Below, one piece after another: positions 1 through 7,704 of a DNA stretch of 24,527 nt. Position 1 is the first letter of the stretch. Each line of letters begins with the position of its first letter. Below the pieces are notes generated by a model. It was not told the DNA's origin. It ran no database searches and saw only the letters and a program-made list of their open reading frames with translations. Origin of the DNA: an uncultured archaeon (GTDB taxonomy: Archaea > Asgardarchaeota > Lokiarchaeia > Sigyniarchaeales > SOKP01); assembly GCA_964508365.1 (NCBI GenBank), contig CAZDTP010000055.1, positions 1-24,527 of the forward strand, read 5' to 3'. Position numbers and translations under genes: made by a program.

Positions 1-87
1 TAAATCAAAAATTTTATTAGAATTTAAGTATTTAATATTGCAATTAGCTTTAATTATTGACATTTTAAATTTTAAATAGTGATATTG

Positions 88-387
88 ATGTCCGAAAAGG
101 AAGAAAAGTTATTAGTTCGAAAAGCAACTTTAAATTTAAGAAGAAAATATGGAAGAACAAAGCAGATAAATATAGTAGAACGTGATGCATTTGTTCCCAG
201 CTCTATAGAAAAAGAAATTAGAGAATCTCTTCCTAAAAAAAAATCAATATTGGCTTCTAATATAGCTATTAGGTATGATCTAAGAATTTCGACCGTAAAC
301 GTGTTATTAAAGCAATATGAAGGAGAAGGATTAATAAAGTTATTAAATCCTAATCTAAAAATGAAAATATATGTTCCAAATTCTTAA
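88..387 (+). CDS. rps25e: 30S/40S ribosomal protein eS25 (S25e)-like winged-helix protein
   Basis: Basic N-terminal tail, then 'EKEIRESLPKKKSILASNIAIRYDLRISTVNVLLKQYEGEGLIKLL...KIYVP', which fits the eS25 pattern (..IT.s.lA.ry.i..S.a...L..Le..GlIk.v...IY). The ORF track starts at GTG 79; I chose ATG 88 because the GTGAT at 79-83 looks like an RBS. Confidence 0.7.
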   Translation: MSEKEEKLLVRKATLNLRRKYGRTKQINIVERDAFVPSSIEKEIRESLPKKKSILASNIAIRYDLRISTVNVLLKQYEGEGLIKLLNPNLKMKIYVPNS

Positions 388-447
388 TTTTATTAGATTT
401 ATATTATTTCAGCTATTAATTCTTTTAATTCATTATTAGAAAATAAT

Positions 448-454
448 TTATATT
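448..454 (+). promoter_or_regulatory. Candidate archaeal TATA box (TTTATAT) with a purine-rich BRE-like AGAAAA upstream, for tRNA-Ser
   Basis: TTTATAT lies about 40 nt upstream of the mature tRNA 5' end. The region is very AT-rich, so support is weak. Confidence 0.3.
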
Positions 455-490
455 TTTTAGGACTAATTCTAATAAAGCATATAATTTAAA

Positions 491-593
491 GCAGATGTGG
501 TCCAGTGGTAAGACGCCGGCTTCGAGAGTATGAGTTATTACCATAAAAGCCGGTGCGCGTGAGCGTTCGGGGGTTCAAGTCCCTCCATCTGCG
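491..593 (+). tRNA. tRNA-Ser(CGA) with a 21-nt intron at the canonical 37/38 position; CCA not encoded
   Basis: Acceptor stem GCAGATG/CATCTGC with discriminator G73. D-arm GTCC-AGTGGTA-AGAC. Anticodon stem CCGGC(516-520)/GCCGG(549-553) with loop TT-CGA-G|intron|A. Long variable arm GCGC-GTGA-GCGT, typical of Ser. T-arm GGGGG-TTCAAGT-CCCTC. Confidence 0.94.
527..547 (+). other. tRNA intron (AGTATGAGTTATTACCATAAA) with relaxed bulge-helix-bulge geometry
   Basis: Removing 527-547 restores a 7-nt anticodon loop TTCGAGA. 3-nt bulges AGA (525-527) and AAA (546-548). Intron stem G528-C541, T529-A540, A530-T539. Confidence 0.85.
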
Positions 594-629
594 TTATTAT
601 AACCAGAAATTAGTTACAAGAGATACACT

Positions 630-1691
630 ATGCCATTTGATATCATTGTTCTAGGTGATTTATACGAAGATTTGTATTATGAATCTAATTTCTATGATGA
701 GCATGCGAAACTACTAGCTTCCAAAATTTTTAATTTTATAAGATATAATCCTGATGATCTAAACAAGAATGTCTTAGAGAAAATAATTTTTAAAGGATTT
801 AGTGATAGTCCTATTCAAAATGATGGCCGTTGTTATTTCAAAAGGGGGGGAAATGGTAGCAGTATCTCAGAAGTTTTTGTGCGAAGTGGTATTACAACTA
901 AATTAGTCAGTATAATCCGGAGAGAAGGTGAATGGATGGTCGAAGAATTAACAAAAATCGGAGTGGATACGACAAATATAATCCATTCAAATGAAATTCT
1001 TCCAATTAGGATAATTGTGACATCAAACAAAAGTACCAAAATTCTTTTAAAACCAAATTTACCTCATAAATGGACTTTTAATGAAAAAACATTAGAAGAT
1101 TACGAATTTCACAGATCAAAGTTAATATTTTGTGCTTCAATATCAAATGCCTTTATTGAACTCCTTGATGAGGGTTCTAAATTAGGACTATTAACCGCAT
1201 TTAGCATAAAAGATGAAAATTTTGATTTTTATGAGCAGTTTGGTAGAATTTTTAACAGTAGACATGATATTCTGTTTTTAAATATAAAAGATGATAATGT
1301 TATATTGAAGGAAGAGCATTTTGTGGAGCAGATTGATAAAAAGTATAGTAATTACGCAAAAATACGGGTTTTCATATCTGGAAAAAAAGGCACGGTTATA
1401 AGAACTGATAAATTAAATCTCCATTTTTCATCACTTGTTGAAGAGAATGAGGCTGATTTATTATTTTCAGGGGAATTTTTTCAAGGAGGTTTTTTGATTA
1501 AATTTTTTGAGCTAATTAATAGCAAAGAATTATTAAATGAGTTGTTAACTAGTAAAAACATAGAAAACCTAAAAGCTATTTTAGTTAAATGTGAGGAATT
1601 TGCGATGTATCTTATAAATTTTAAAAATATTCACCATTATTTCCCAAATAGGAAAGAGTTAGAAAAGTTTATTACGAACTTTAAAAAATAA
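630..1691 (+). CDS. PfkB/ribokinase-family protein with degenerate catalytic motifs (probable pseudokinase)
   Basis: N-terminal 'DIIVLGDLYED', 'RGGNGSSISEVFVRSG', 'EELTKIGVDT' and C-terminal 'DLLFSGEFFQGGFL' follow the PfkB layout, but the GAGD anion-hole motif is replaced. Confidence 0.7.
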   Translation: MPFDIIVLGDLYEDLYYESNFYDEHAKLLASKIFNFIRYNPDDLNKNVLEKIIFKGFSDSPIQNDGRCYFKRGGNGSSISEVFVRSGITTKLVSIIRREGEWMVEELTKIGVDTTNIIHSNEILPIRIIVTSNKSTKILLKPNLPHKWTFNEKTLEDYEFHRSKLIFCASISNAFIELLDEGSKLGLLTAFSIKDENFDFYEQFGRIFNSRHDILFLNIKDDNVILKEEHFVEQIDKKYSNYAKIRVFISGKKGTVIRTDKLNLHFSSLVEENEADLLFSGEFFQGGFLIKFFELINSKELLNELLTSKNIENLKAILVKCEEFAMYLINFKNIHHYFPNRKELEKFITNFKK

Positions 1692-1703
1692 CAATTAATC
1701 ATC

Positions 1704-2645
1704 TTATTGTATTAATTGAAGAATCAGAGTTTCCATTTGAGCTTTAGCAGACTCCAACTTGTTTAATACATCTACAGTTTTCTCTAAGTCTGCTTCATAC
1801 TCTTCAATAATAAACAATAAATAAAAATCCAAATTCCCAAACTTTAATGTTTCCACTAACCCAGAATAACGACTACCATCTTCAAATTTATCTGAGAATT
1901 CGAGTAATGTTCTATTTTCTGCGATTATTTTCTTTTGAGTCTCTAGATATTTATCGTATATCCTGATTTTTTCTGATAAATGTAGATGTGGACGATAATA
2001 TTCACCAATCGTAATACCCTTAGCATCAAACAGCGCTATCATAATTGAATTATAATTCTTACTAATTCGAGAAAACAGTCGAGATACCATTTCCATTTTT
2101 TCAAATAATAAAGATAAACCTGATGAGAAAGCGTCCATGATTGATTTGATATCGTAAATCGAAGTTTCAAAAAAAAATATGTCAAAATCATTACTGTATC
2201 TGATCAATGCGTGCTTAATCGTTAATATTCTCTGGTTTATAACTTTCTCTTTTGTAAGTTGAGGATCGAACTTGTGAAAAAGGATACATAACGGCGGATA
2301 TTCTTGATTCTCCTTTAAAAAAAGTAAAATCTTATCAAGATAATCAATAGTTTCAACGTAACGGTCATAATCTTGAGCGTCAATAACATAGAAAAGTAAA
2401 TCGGTTCCACTAATATATTTTGTTGGATTCTTCAAATACTCTTCCCTGTATTGCAGTTGCCCACCAAAATCCATTCTGATGAACTCTATCCCCAAAAACT
2501 TAAATGCATCTCTGGCTATTTTGCGTGTAGGCATCAATTTAAGTATATCCTCTTCAAAACCGAATTTTTTAGATATAACCGTAATTATACTTGTTTTACC
2601 TGCAAAATCAAGCCCCATAAAAGCAATTTTCTTAATATTTATCAC
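1704..2645 (-). CDS. Small Ras-superfamily GTPase (Rag/Gtr- or Arf-like) with a C-terminal roadblock/longin-like domain
   Basis: G1 GLDFAGKT, G2 PT, G3 DFGGQ, G4 HKFD, G5 TSIYD. A roughly 130-aa C-terminal alpha/beta extension ('IMIALFDAKGITIGEYY...FYLLFII'). The start is uncertain: GTG 2645 or ATT 2636. Confidence 0.88.
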   Translation of the reverse strand: MINIKKIAFMGLDFAGKTSIITVISKKFGFEEDILKLMPTRKIARDAFKFLGIEFIRMDFGGQLQYREEYLKNPTKYISGTDLLFYVIDAQDYDRYVETIDYLDKILLFLKENQEYPPLCILFHKFDPQLTKEKVINQRILTIKHALIRYSNDFDIFFFETSIYDIKSIMDAFSSGLSLLFEKMEMVSRLFSRISKNYNSIMIALFDAKGITIGEYYRPHLHLSEKIRIYDKYLETQKKIIAENRTLLEFSDKFEDGSRYSGLVETLKFGNLDFYLLFIIEEYEADLEKTVDVLNKLESAKAQMETLILQLIQ

Positions 2646-2798
2646 CAGATTCTATTGCTTAGCTCCCATAACTTTCTTTTTGAAAATATCGGAAAAATTT
2701 CTACAAATTATTTATAGTAGAAGGAATTAATAAATCCTTACTTTTTAGGGAAAAGATGTAAAAGAAATTAAAGCTAATTTTTATTAGTTATAAAAAGA

Positions 2799-3080
2799 TT
2801 AACCTCCCGAGATAGGAAAAGAAATATATAGCTGGTCTCCCTCATTTAATTTCGTTCTATAGTTTTGCATGTAAGAAATGTTCCTACCGTTGAGTAAAAT
2901 GATCATCTGTGAGTTCAACTTCTTCTTGTTTTTGGATAAAATACTGTCGTCTAATAAATCTTTATATTCTTTGAGAAATTGGGAGATAATATCGCCTACG
3001 TTATCTCCTTCGTATATTATTTTATTTTTTTTTACTCTCAATACAAAAATGTTTAATAAGTTCAAATCAACTTTAACCAT
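2799..3080 (-). CDS. MoaD/ThiS/SAMP-family ubiquitin-like sulfur carrier or protein modifier
   Basis: 93 aa with the beta-grasp signature 'IILLNGRNI...KLNEGDQLYISFPISGG' and a C-terminal di-glycine. Confidence 0.9.
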   Translation of the reverse strand: MVKVDLNLLNIFVLRVKKNKIIYEGDNVGDIISQFLKEYKDLLDDSILSKNKKKLNSQMIILLNGRNISYMQNYRTKLNEGDQLYISFPISGG

Positions 3081-3256
3081 AATAATACAACTCGTTTCAA
3101 TTAAAATATTATAAGATCTTACTATATTCTATTCCAAATTTGGTTCAATTTTAATAAATTAGAATAATTTTTAAGCTTAATTATAACAAAAAATAATAGA
3201 AAATCAATGCAAAAAACCTCTTTTTCTTAATTCGCATCCTAATCGAATAAGTTATA

Positions 3257-4477
3257 TCAGAATATATTAATATCTATTCTATTTTCCACTATAAACAAAA
3301 GATTATTATCAATATTCAAACGGTTATATAATACTTTCAATTTTTCAGCATCAAATACTTGATTCTCTGGTTTGAAAGGGCAATAATTAACTTTTTTAAG
3401 ATTTTCAGAGATTTTTTTTGATAAATCTTGAATCGTACTTTCTCCAAAAGCAATGATCGGGGTAAATATGGGTTGGCTTAAGTGCAGTGTATTGATAGCT
3501 AAAGTCTCTAAATCAACGAAATTAGGGCAGTAATTAGAACTACTTAAGCTCGTACCATCGGTACATGCCTTAATTTTTTCATAAAATTGAAATTTAGGAT
3601 TTTTAAGGATTTTAGATATTAAATCAAACCTAATTAAGCGGCATATGCCACAAAAATATTGTTTTTCATCTAACTCTGAAAAAACTTTCTTTAGAGCATC
3701 ATGTATTCTAAATTTGGTTAATTGAATATGATTTTTTGGTATATAATCGCCTATTTCTTTCCAGTTTGAAATCCAATCTTCGATTTCGGTTCCCTCCTCG
3801 TTGAGATCAATTAATATAGGATAAATCTCAGATCCTCTTCTCATTAATAGAAACCCTGCAATTAAATCATTTAACCTACCTATGTCCATTACCAATATTT
3901 TTTTCTGAGGTTCGATAGGTAAACCACCCCATTTACTTTTGATAATCTGAGAGAAAATGTATGTGAAATCTCCCCTTATTTCAATAAATATTTGTTTTTT
4001 CGGTTGGGTAAGATTTACTTTCAATTCAAGATTCGGAAAATTATCAATAATTGCTTTGCCTACTATCGTTGCTACTTCTAAAGAATTAAAATCGTGCTTC
4101 CCAGATCTTTTAACTCTAAGAGCAAAAGTGTCTTTCCGATCAAGAATATCTTTAGCAAGTTCAATTGTTCGTTCGATAATATTATTTAGGTTGTTTGATG
4201 TTCTAATTGCTGGACTAAAGGAATGTACACCAAAAGCGTTTTTTAATACGTTAATTGCAGAAGGAAGGTCTTTATTACTAAAAAAGAAAAAAATTCTCGA
4301 TGAATCCTTACTCAATTGATACTTGTTAAATTTGATTCCATTTCGTTTAAGTATTTTAGTAATATTACCCATCAAATACTTAAGCATTCGAATTTTAACT
4401 TTTTGCGACTTTAACCATATTTCAGCGTATCTAATTAATATTAAGTTATATTGAGGTAAAAGAAGGTTCTGTTCCAT
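3257..4477 (-). CDS. thiI: ThiI-family tRNA thiouridylase homolog (NFLD + THUMP + PP-loop domain) with a degenerate ATP-binding PP-loop
   Basis: 'ILIRYAEIWLKS' N-terminus, THUMP 'TFALRVKRSGKHDFNSLEVATIVG', 'IFIEIRGD', and 'GGLP...KILV...AGFLLMRRG'. SGGxDS is replaced by IGRLND. CGIC and YCP cysteines are retained. The symbol denotes homology only; activity is doubtful. Confidence 0.85.
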   Translation of the reverse strand: MEQNLLLPQYNLILIRYAEIWLKSQKVKIRMLKYLMGNITKILKRNGIKFNKYQLSKDSSRIFFFFSNKDLPSAINVLKNAFGVHSFSPAIRTSNNLNNIIERTIELAKDILDRKDTFALRVKRSGKHDFNSLEVATIVGKAIIDNFPNLELKVNLTQPKKQIFIEIRGDFTYIFSQIIKSKWGGLPIEPQKKILVMDIGRLNDLIAGFLLMRRGSEIYPILIDLNEEGTEIEDWISNWKEIGDYIPKNHIQLTKFRIHDALKKVFSELDEKQYFCGICRLIRFDLISKILKNPKFQFYEKIKACTDGTSLSSSNYCPNFVDLETLAINTLHLSQPIFTPIIAFGESTIQDLSKKISENLKKVNYCPFKPENQVFDAEKLKVLYNRLNIDNNLLFIVENRIDINIF

Positions 4478-4493
4478 AATTTTCAGTTTTTTC

Positions 4494-6089
4494 TTAAATT
4501 AAAATTGTTAAGTAATAATTACCAATAACTTTTGCTTCACCAGTTTTCAAATTATGTTCTTTTAATACTACGAGTCCTTTCCTGTAGATTTCGATCTCGA
4601 TAAAAACCTCGTCAAAATATTTCCCTTCGAGATTCCCCCCATTGGAAAATACAGTATTTTCAATTTTAACGTTAAAAGAGATACTTGGGGAAGAATTCAA
4701 TACTAAATCTATTTGAGATCTAGCAAATTGGGATAATACATCCCCAGAATCGATTAGCTCAGTCCTCCATACACTCAATGGAGTAGGTATTAAGTTATGA
4801 AAGCAACATACACCAAAAATTTTCTGATGACTAAGCGATAACACTTTTTCTATAAAGTTGTTTAATTTCTTTCTCCCAATAAATCCCTCTTTAGAATCTA
4901 GAGTTGTGGAGTTCATACCCTGAAAATATATCTTTTCATTCTCATAAAGTGGATCAAAATCACCAAAATTTTGCTTCCAATACTCCCAAGCAAGAGGTTT
5001 TGAGTCTGTAAATCCCGGAACGACTATATAGGGGTGTTTTAACAGATCAAGAGTATCTTTCGCAGCTTTAAATTCTTCTTTATAGCTATTTTTTGTAAGA
5101 TTTCCAGCGTGTACTACCAAATCGATATCATTCATTTTATTAATGCTATTGATAGCATTCTCAAACTTTGAAATTTTTCCATCCTTCTGCTCAGAAACTA
5201 AAGAATTTGACATTTGTATGAATCGAGCTATAGGTTTTTGCTTCTCTTCTATTTGTAATGGAATGTAGTAATTAACTTCTCGTAAGATTTCATGTTTAGA
5301 TTCCGGATCAAAAACCGGGATAACTTTAAAACTAAGATTGCTACCTTCTATATCAACAATAGAATATGTGAAAAGTTCTCGATATCTTGTCTTATTACAG
5401 CAAAAAGTCCCTGCGTTAAAAATATATAAGTCTTTTTCACTACTACTCACTGTATACAAATTTGAAGTATGCCTATGACCATTTAAAACCAAATCTGCTT
5501 TTGCTTCTAAAAGCATTTTGAGCATATCTCCAGAATCATCTATTGCTGATCGCTCTTTTCCTGTATTTGGTATAGGAATAAGCTGATGATGAAAACAGAC
5601 TACTTTAAATTTATTCTCTCTCTCAGGAATCTCTAACTCCGCTCGTACAGCTTTAATTATATTATGGTGTATTATTCCTCCAGGTAAATCCGGTTTAGTA
5701 CTATCAATACCAAGTATATAGATATCGTCATCTTCATACGCATAATGCCTTCTACCTATCATTTCTTCGAATAATAAATAGCCCACATTCATAGCATCGT
5801 GATTTCCAATTAAAACCATAATAGGACTTTTTGTCACTGGATCGAACTTTTTAAATTGTTCTAATGCATACTCGTAATCCAATAAAGTTCCCATCTGAGT
5901 AATATCTCCTAAGTTCAAATATAGAGATGTGTTCTTTATCTTATTTACTTTTTCAATTCCAACATTGAAAGCGTGGAGGTTAAAAGCTCCCCCAGAACGA
6001 GTAATATGAGTATCAGAAATGATCACTAGTCTTTTTTTTAACTTAATCTTTTCCTGAGAGTTAATCTTAACGCTTTGTTCGGAAATCAT
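4494..6089 (-). CDS. Tandem calcineurin-like metallophosphoesterase (CpdA/Icc-like): N-domain intact, C-domain degenerate
   Basis: Domain 1 has DTH, GDIT, GNHD, HH and GHRH. Domain 2 has the equivalent positions as SNSL, AGNLT, GFTD, FHN and NSSPS. Confidence 0.88.
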   Translation of the reverse strand: MISEQSVKINSQEKIKLKKRLVIISDTHITRSGGAFNLHAFNVGIEKVNKIKNTSLYLNLGDITQMGTLLDYEYALEQFKKFDPVTKSPIMVLIGNHDAMNVGYLLFEEMIGRRHYAYEDDDIYILGIDSTKPDLPGGIIHHNIIKAVRAELEIPERENKFKVVCFHHQLIPIPNTGKERSAIDDSGDMLKMLLEAKADLVLNGHRHTSNLYTVSSSEKDLYIFNAGTFCCNKTRYRELFTYSIVDIEGSNLSFKVIPVFDPESKHEILREVNYYIPLQIEEKQKPIARFIQMSNSLVSEQKDGKISKFENAINSINKMNDIDLVVHAGNLTKNSYKEEFKAAKDTLDLLKHPYIVVPGFTDSKPLAWEYWKQNFGDFDPLYENEKIYFQGMNSTTLDSKEGFIGRKKLNNFIEKVLSLSHQKIFGVCCFHNLIPTPLSVWRTELIDSGDVLSQFARSQIDLVLNSSPSISFNVKIENTVFSNGGNLEGKYFDEVFIEIEIYRKGLVVLKEHNLKTGEAKVIGNYYLTILI

Positions 6090-6090
6090 A

Positions 6091-6831
6091 TTAGTTGTTT
6101 TCCTTTAATTTTGCTGGATGGCCCCTATAAATAGAACTCTCATCTAATACCTGGTTATGGTTGGTATAAGAGTGAGCTGAAAGTTTCGTATTTCGCTTAA
6201 TTATCGTACCTGGTAGGAGAACGCATTTAGCTCCTATAAGCACATTGTCATCAACCATTATTTTTTTCAATATAAAATTATCTTGCTCAATTGCAAAGCT
6301 TAAAATTGTGGAGTTCATTCCAATTATTACATTTTTACCAATAGATACGAATTCTGAGGAAATCCAACTATTATCACAGATTGTTTTTTCCCCAATCTTT
6401 ACACCATAAAATCTCAGCGTAAAGCGATTTTTAAGCCAGGGAAAAGGATTTGAGGCCGTTATATAAAGCGGCCATTTCTTAACAATATTTCGAATGGTCC
6501 AAAAATAATAATCTTTATCTTCTATTGAACGCTTAAAATTCCCTTCTTTTGGATTATGTATAAGGATAATTATTTTCAAAAATAAAACTGAGATCAGAAT
6601 TGCACTGAGTTGGGTTAAATAAATTGAAATGAAGACATTGAAGGGTAGAGCAATAAAAAAAATCCAGAAATATGTTTCGCTCCAGAATAAAGTTATATAC
6701 CAAAATTCGAAAAGCGATGTTGGAATTAGACTTAGGATAATTATCACAATATACAAGATAAGGAACTTTTTTCTAATCCTCTCATCGATAGGTGTAGGGG
6801 AATCTCCTTTTAAACTGGCGGGTTGAAACAT
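6091..6831 (-). CDS. Membrane-anchored left-handed beta-helix (hexapeptide repeat) acyltransferase-like protein, lacking the conserved His
   Basis: Hydrophobic N-terminal segments (about aa 22-90), then 'EGNF...DYYFW', 'LRFYGVKIGEKT', 'VSIGKNVIIG', 'VDDNVLIGAKCVLLPGTII' and 'YRGHPAK'. Confidence 0.8.
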   Translation of the reverse strand: MFQPASLKGDSPTPIDERIRKKFLILYIVIIILSLIPTSLFEFWYITLFWSETYFWIFFIALPFNVFISIYLTQLSAILISVLFLKIIILIHNPKEGNFKRSIEDKDYYFWTIRNIVKKWPLYITASNPFPWLKNRFTLRFYGVKIGEKTICDNSWISSEFVSIGKNVIIGMNSTILSFAIEQDNFILKKIMVDDNVLIGAKCVLLPGTIIKRNTKLSAHSYTNHNQVLDESSIYRGHPAKLKENN

Positions 6832-6834
6832 TTT

Positions 6835-7704
6835 TTATTCCTCTTGTAAATGTGTATCTGTTTTTTTTTGGTTAGTATTATCAGAGATTGTAGATTTCTT
6901 AACTTTCACTGCTTTAAGTTGAGATTCTTCCACAGATTGAATTGGTAGCTTTATACTTACGGGAGTTCCTACGTGAATTAAATTTCCTTCTAATTTCTGG
7001 TTGATTTTTGTATAACTGTTTACACCTAAAACAGCAAAATCTTCCATGATTGTACCTGGACTTATAATGGTGTGAGGTCCCACTACACACGCTTTTCCAA
7101 CTTTAACTCTTTTGATAAGAAGTTTATCCTGGTAGATTAAATGTGAAAATATACATATGTTTAGTGAAGTCATTGTAAAATCACCAATTTCTACAAATAA
7201 AGGGTCTATATAGCCTTCATATAAGACAACACTTCTTCCAACTCTAGTTCCAAAAGATCTATAAGCAATAATATCAAGCCACGGTAACGGTAATGCTCGA
7301 GCTAACCAAACAGGAAAGAATGCAGTCCAAAACCTTCTATGCATATATTTCCAATCTTTACTCCCCCTCTCGAAGATACCCTCTTGCGGTGGTGAAATTT
7401 TATTCAATACACGAAAAATTCCTCCAGAAAATAAGATAATTGTAAATACAAACAGAAAAATATTAGCATAGATATTTAGTGGGAGTAATAACCAATAATA
7501 CCATTCAGCTTTTAATCCAAACGAATAAAACTCTGTACCCGTTAAAAGATAATATAAACTATTAATGAACCACAAATTTAATATAAATAAAACCCATCCC
7601 CCGATGAATAACTGGATTAAAATTATCAAAGAAAATGGAGTCTTGTAAACACCAGAAGTTGAAATTACCTCCAATTCAAATTTAGAGCCTTCTTCTCCTT
7701 CCAC
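6835..7704 (-). CDS. Membrane-anchored left-handed beta-helix (hexapeptide repeat) acyltransferase-like protein, paralog of 6091-6831
   Basis: Hydrophobic N-terminus, then 'EGIFERGSKDWKY', 'YRSFGTRVGRSVV', 'VEIGDFT', 'IFSHLIY', 'VKVGKACVVGPHTIISPGT' and 'HVGTPV'. GTG start with GTGA 6 nt upstream. Confidence 0.8.
   Translation of the reverse strand: MEGEEGSKFELEVISTSGVYKTPFSLIILIQLFIGGWVLFILNLWFINSLYYLLTGTEFYSFGLKAEWYYWLLLPLNIYANIFLFVFTIILFSGGIFRVLNKISPPQEGIFERGSKDWKYMHRRFWTAFFPVWLARALPLPWLDIIAYRSFGTRVGRSVVLYEGYIDPLFVEIGDFTMTSLNICIFSHLIYQDKLLIKRVKVGKACVVGPHTIISPGTIMEDFAVLGVNSYTKINQKLEGNLIHVGTPVSIKLPIQSVEESQLKAVKVKKSTISDNTNQKKTDTHLQEE

Noticed and set aside
594-629. tRNA 3' end as an integration site for a mobile element
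   Set aside because: No duplicated tRNA 3' fragment, integrase or transposase anywhere in the window.
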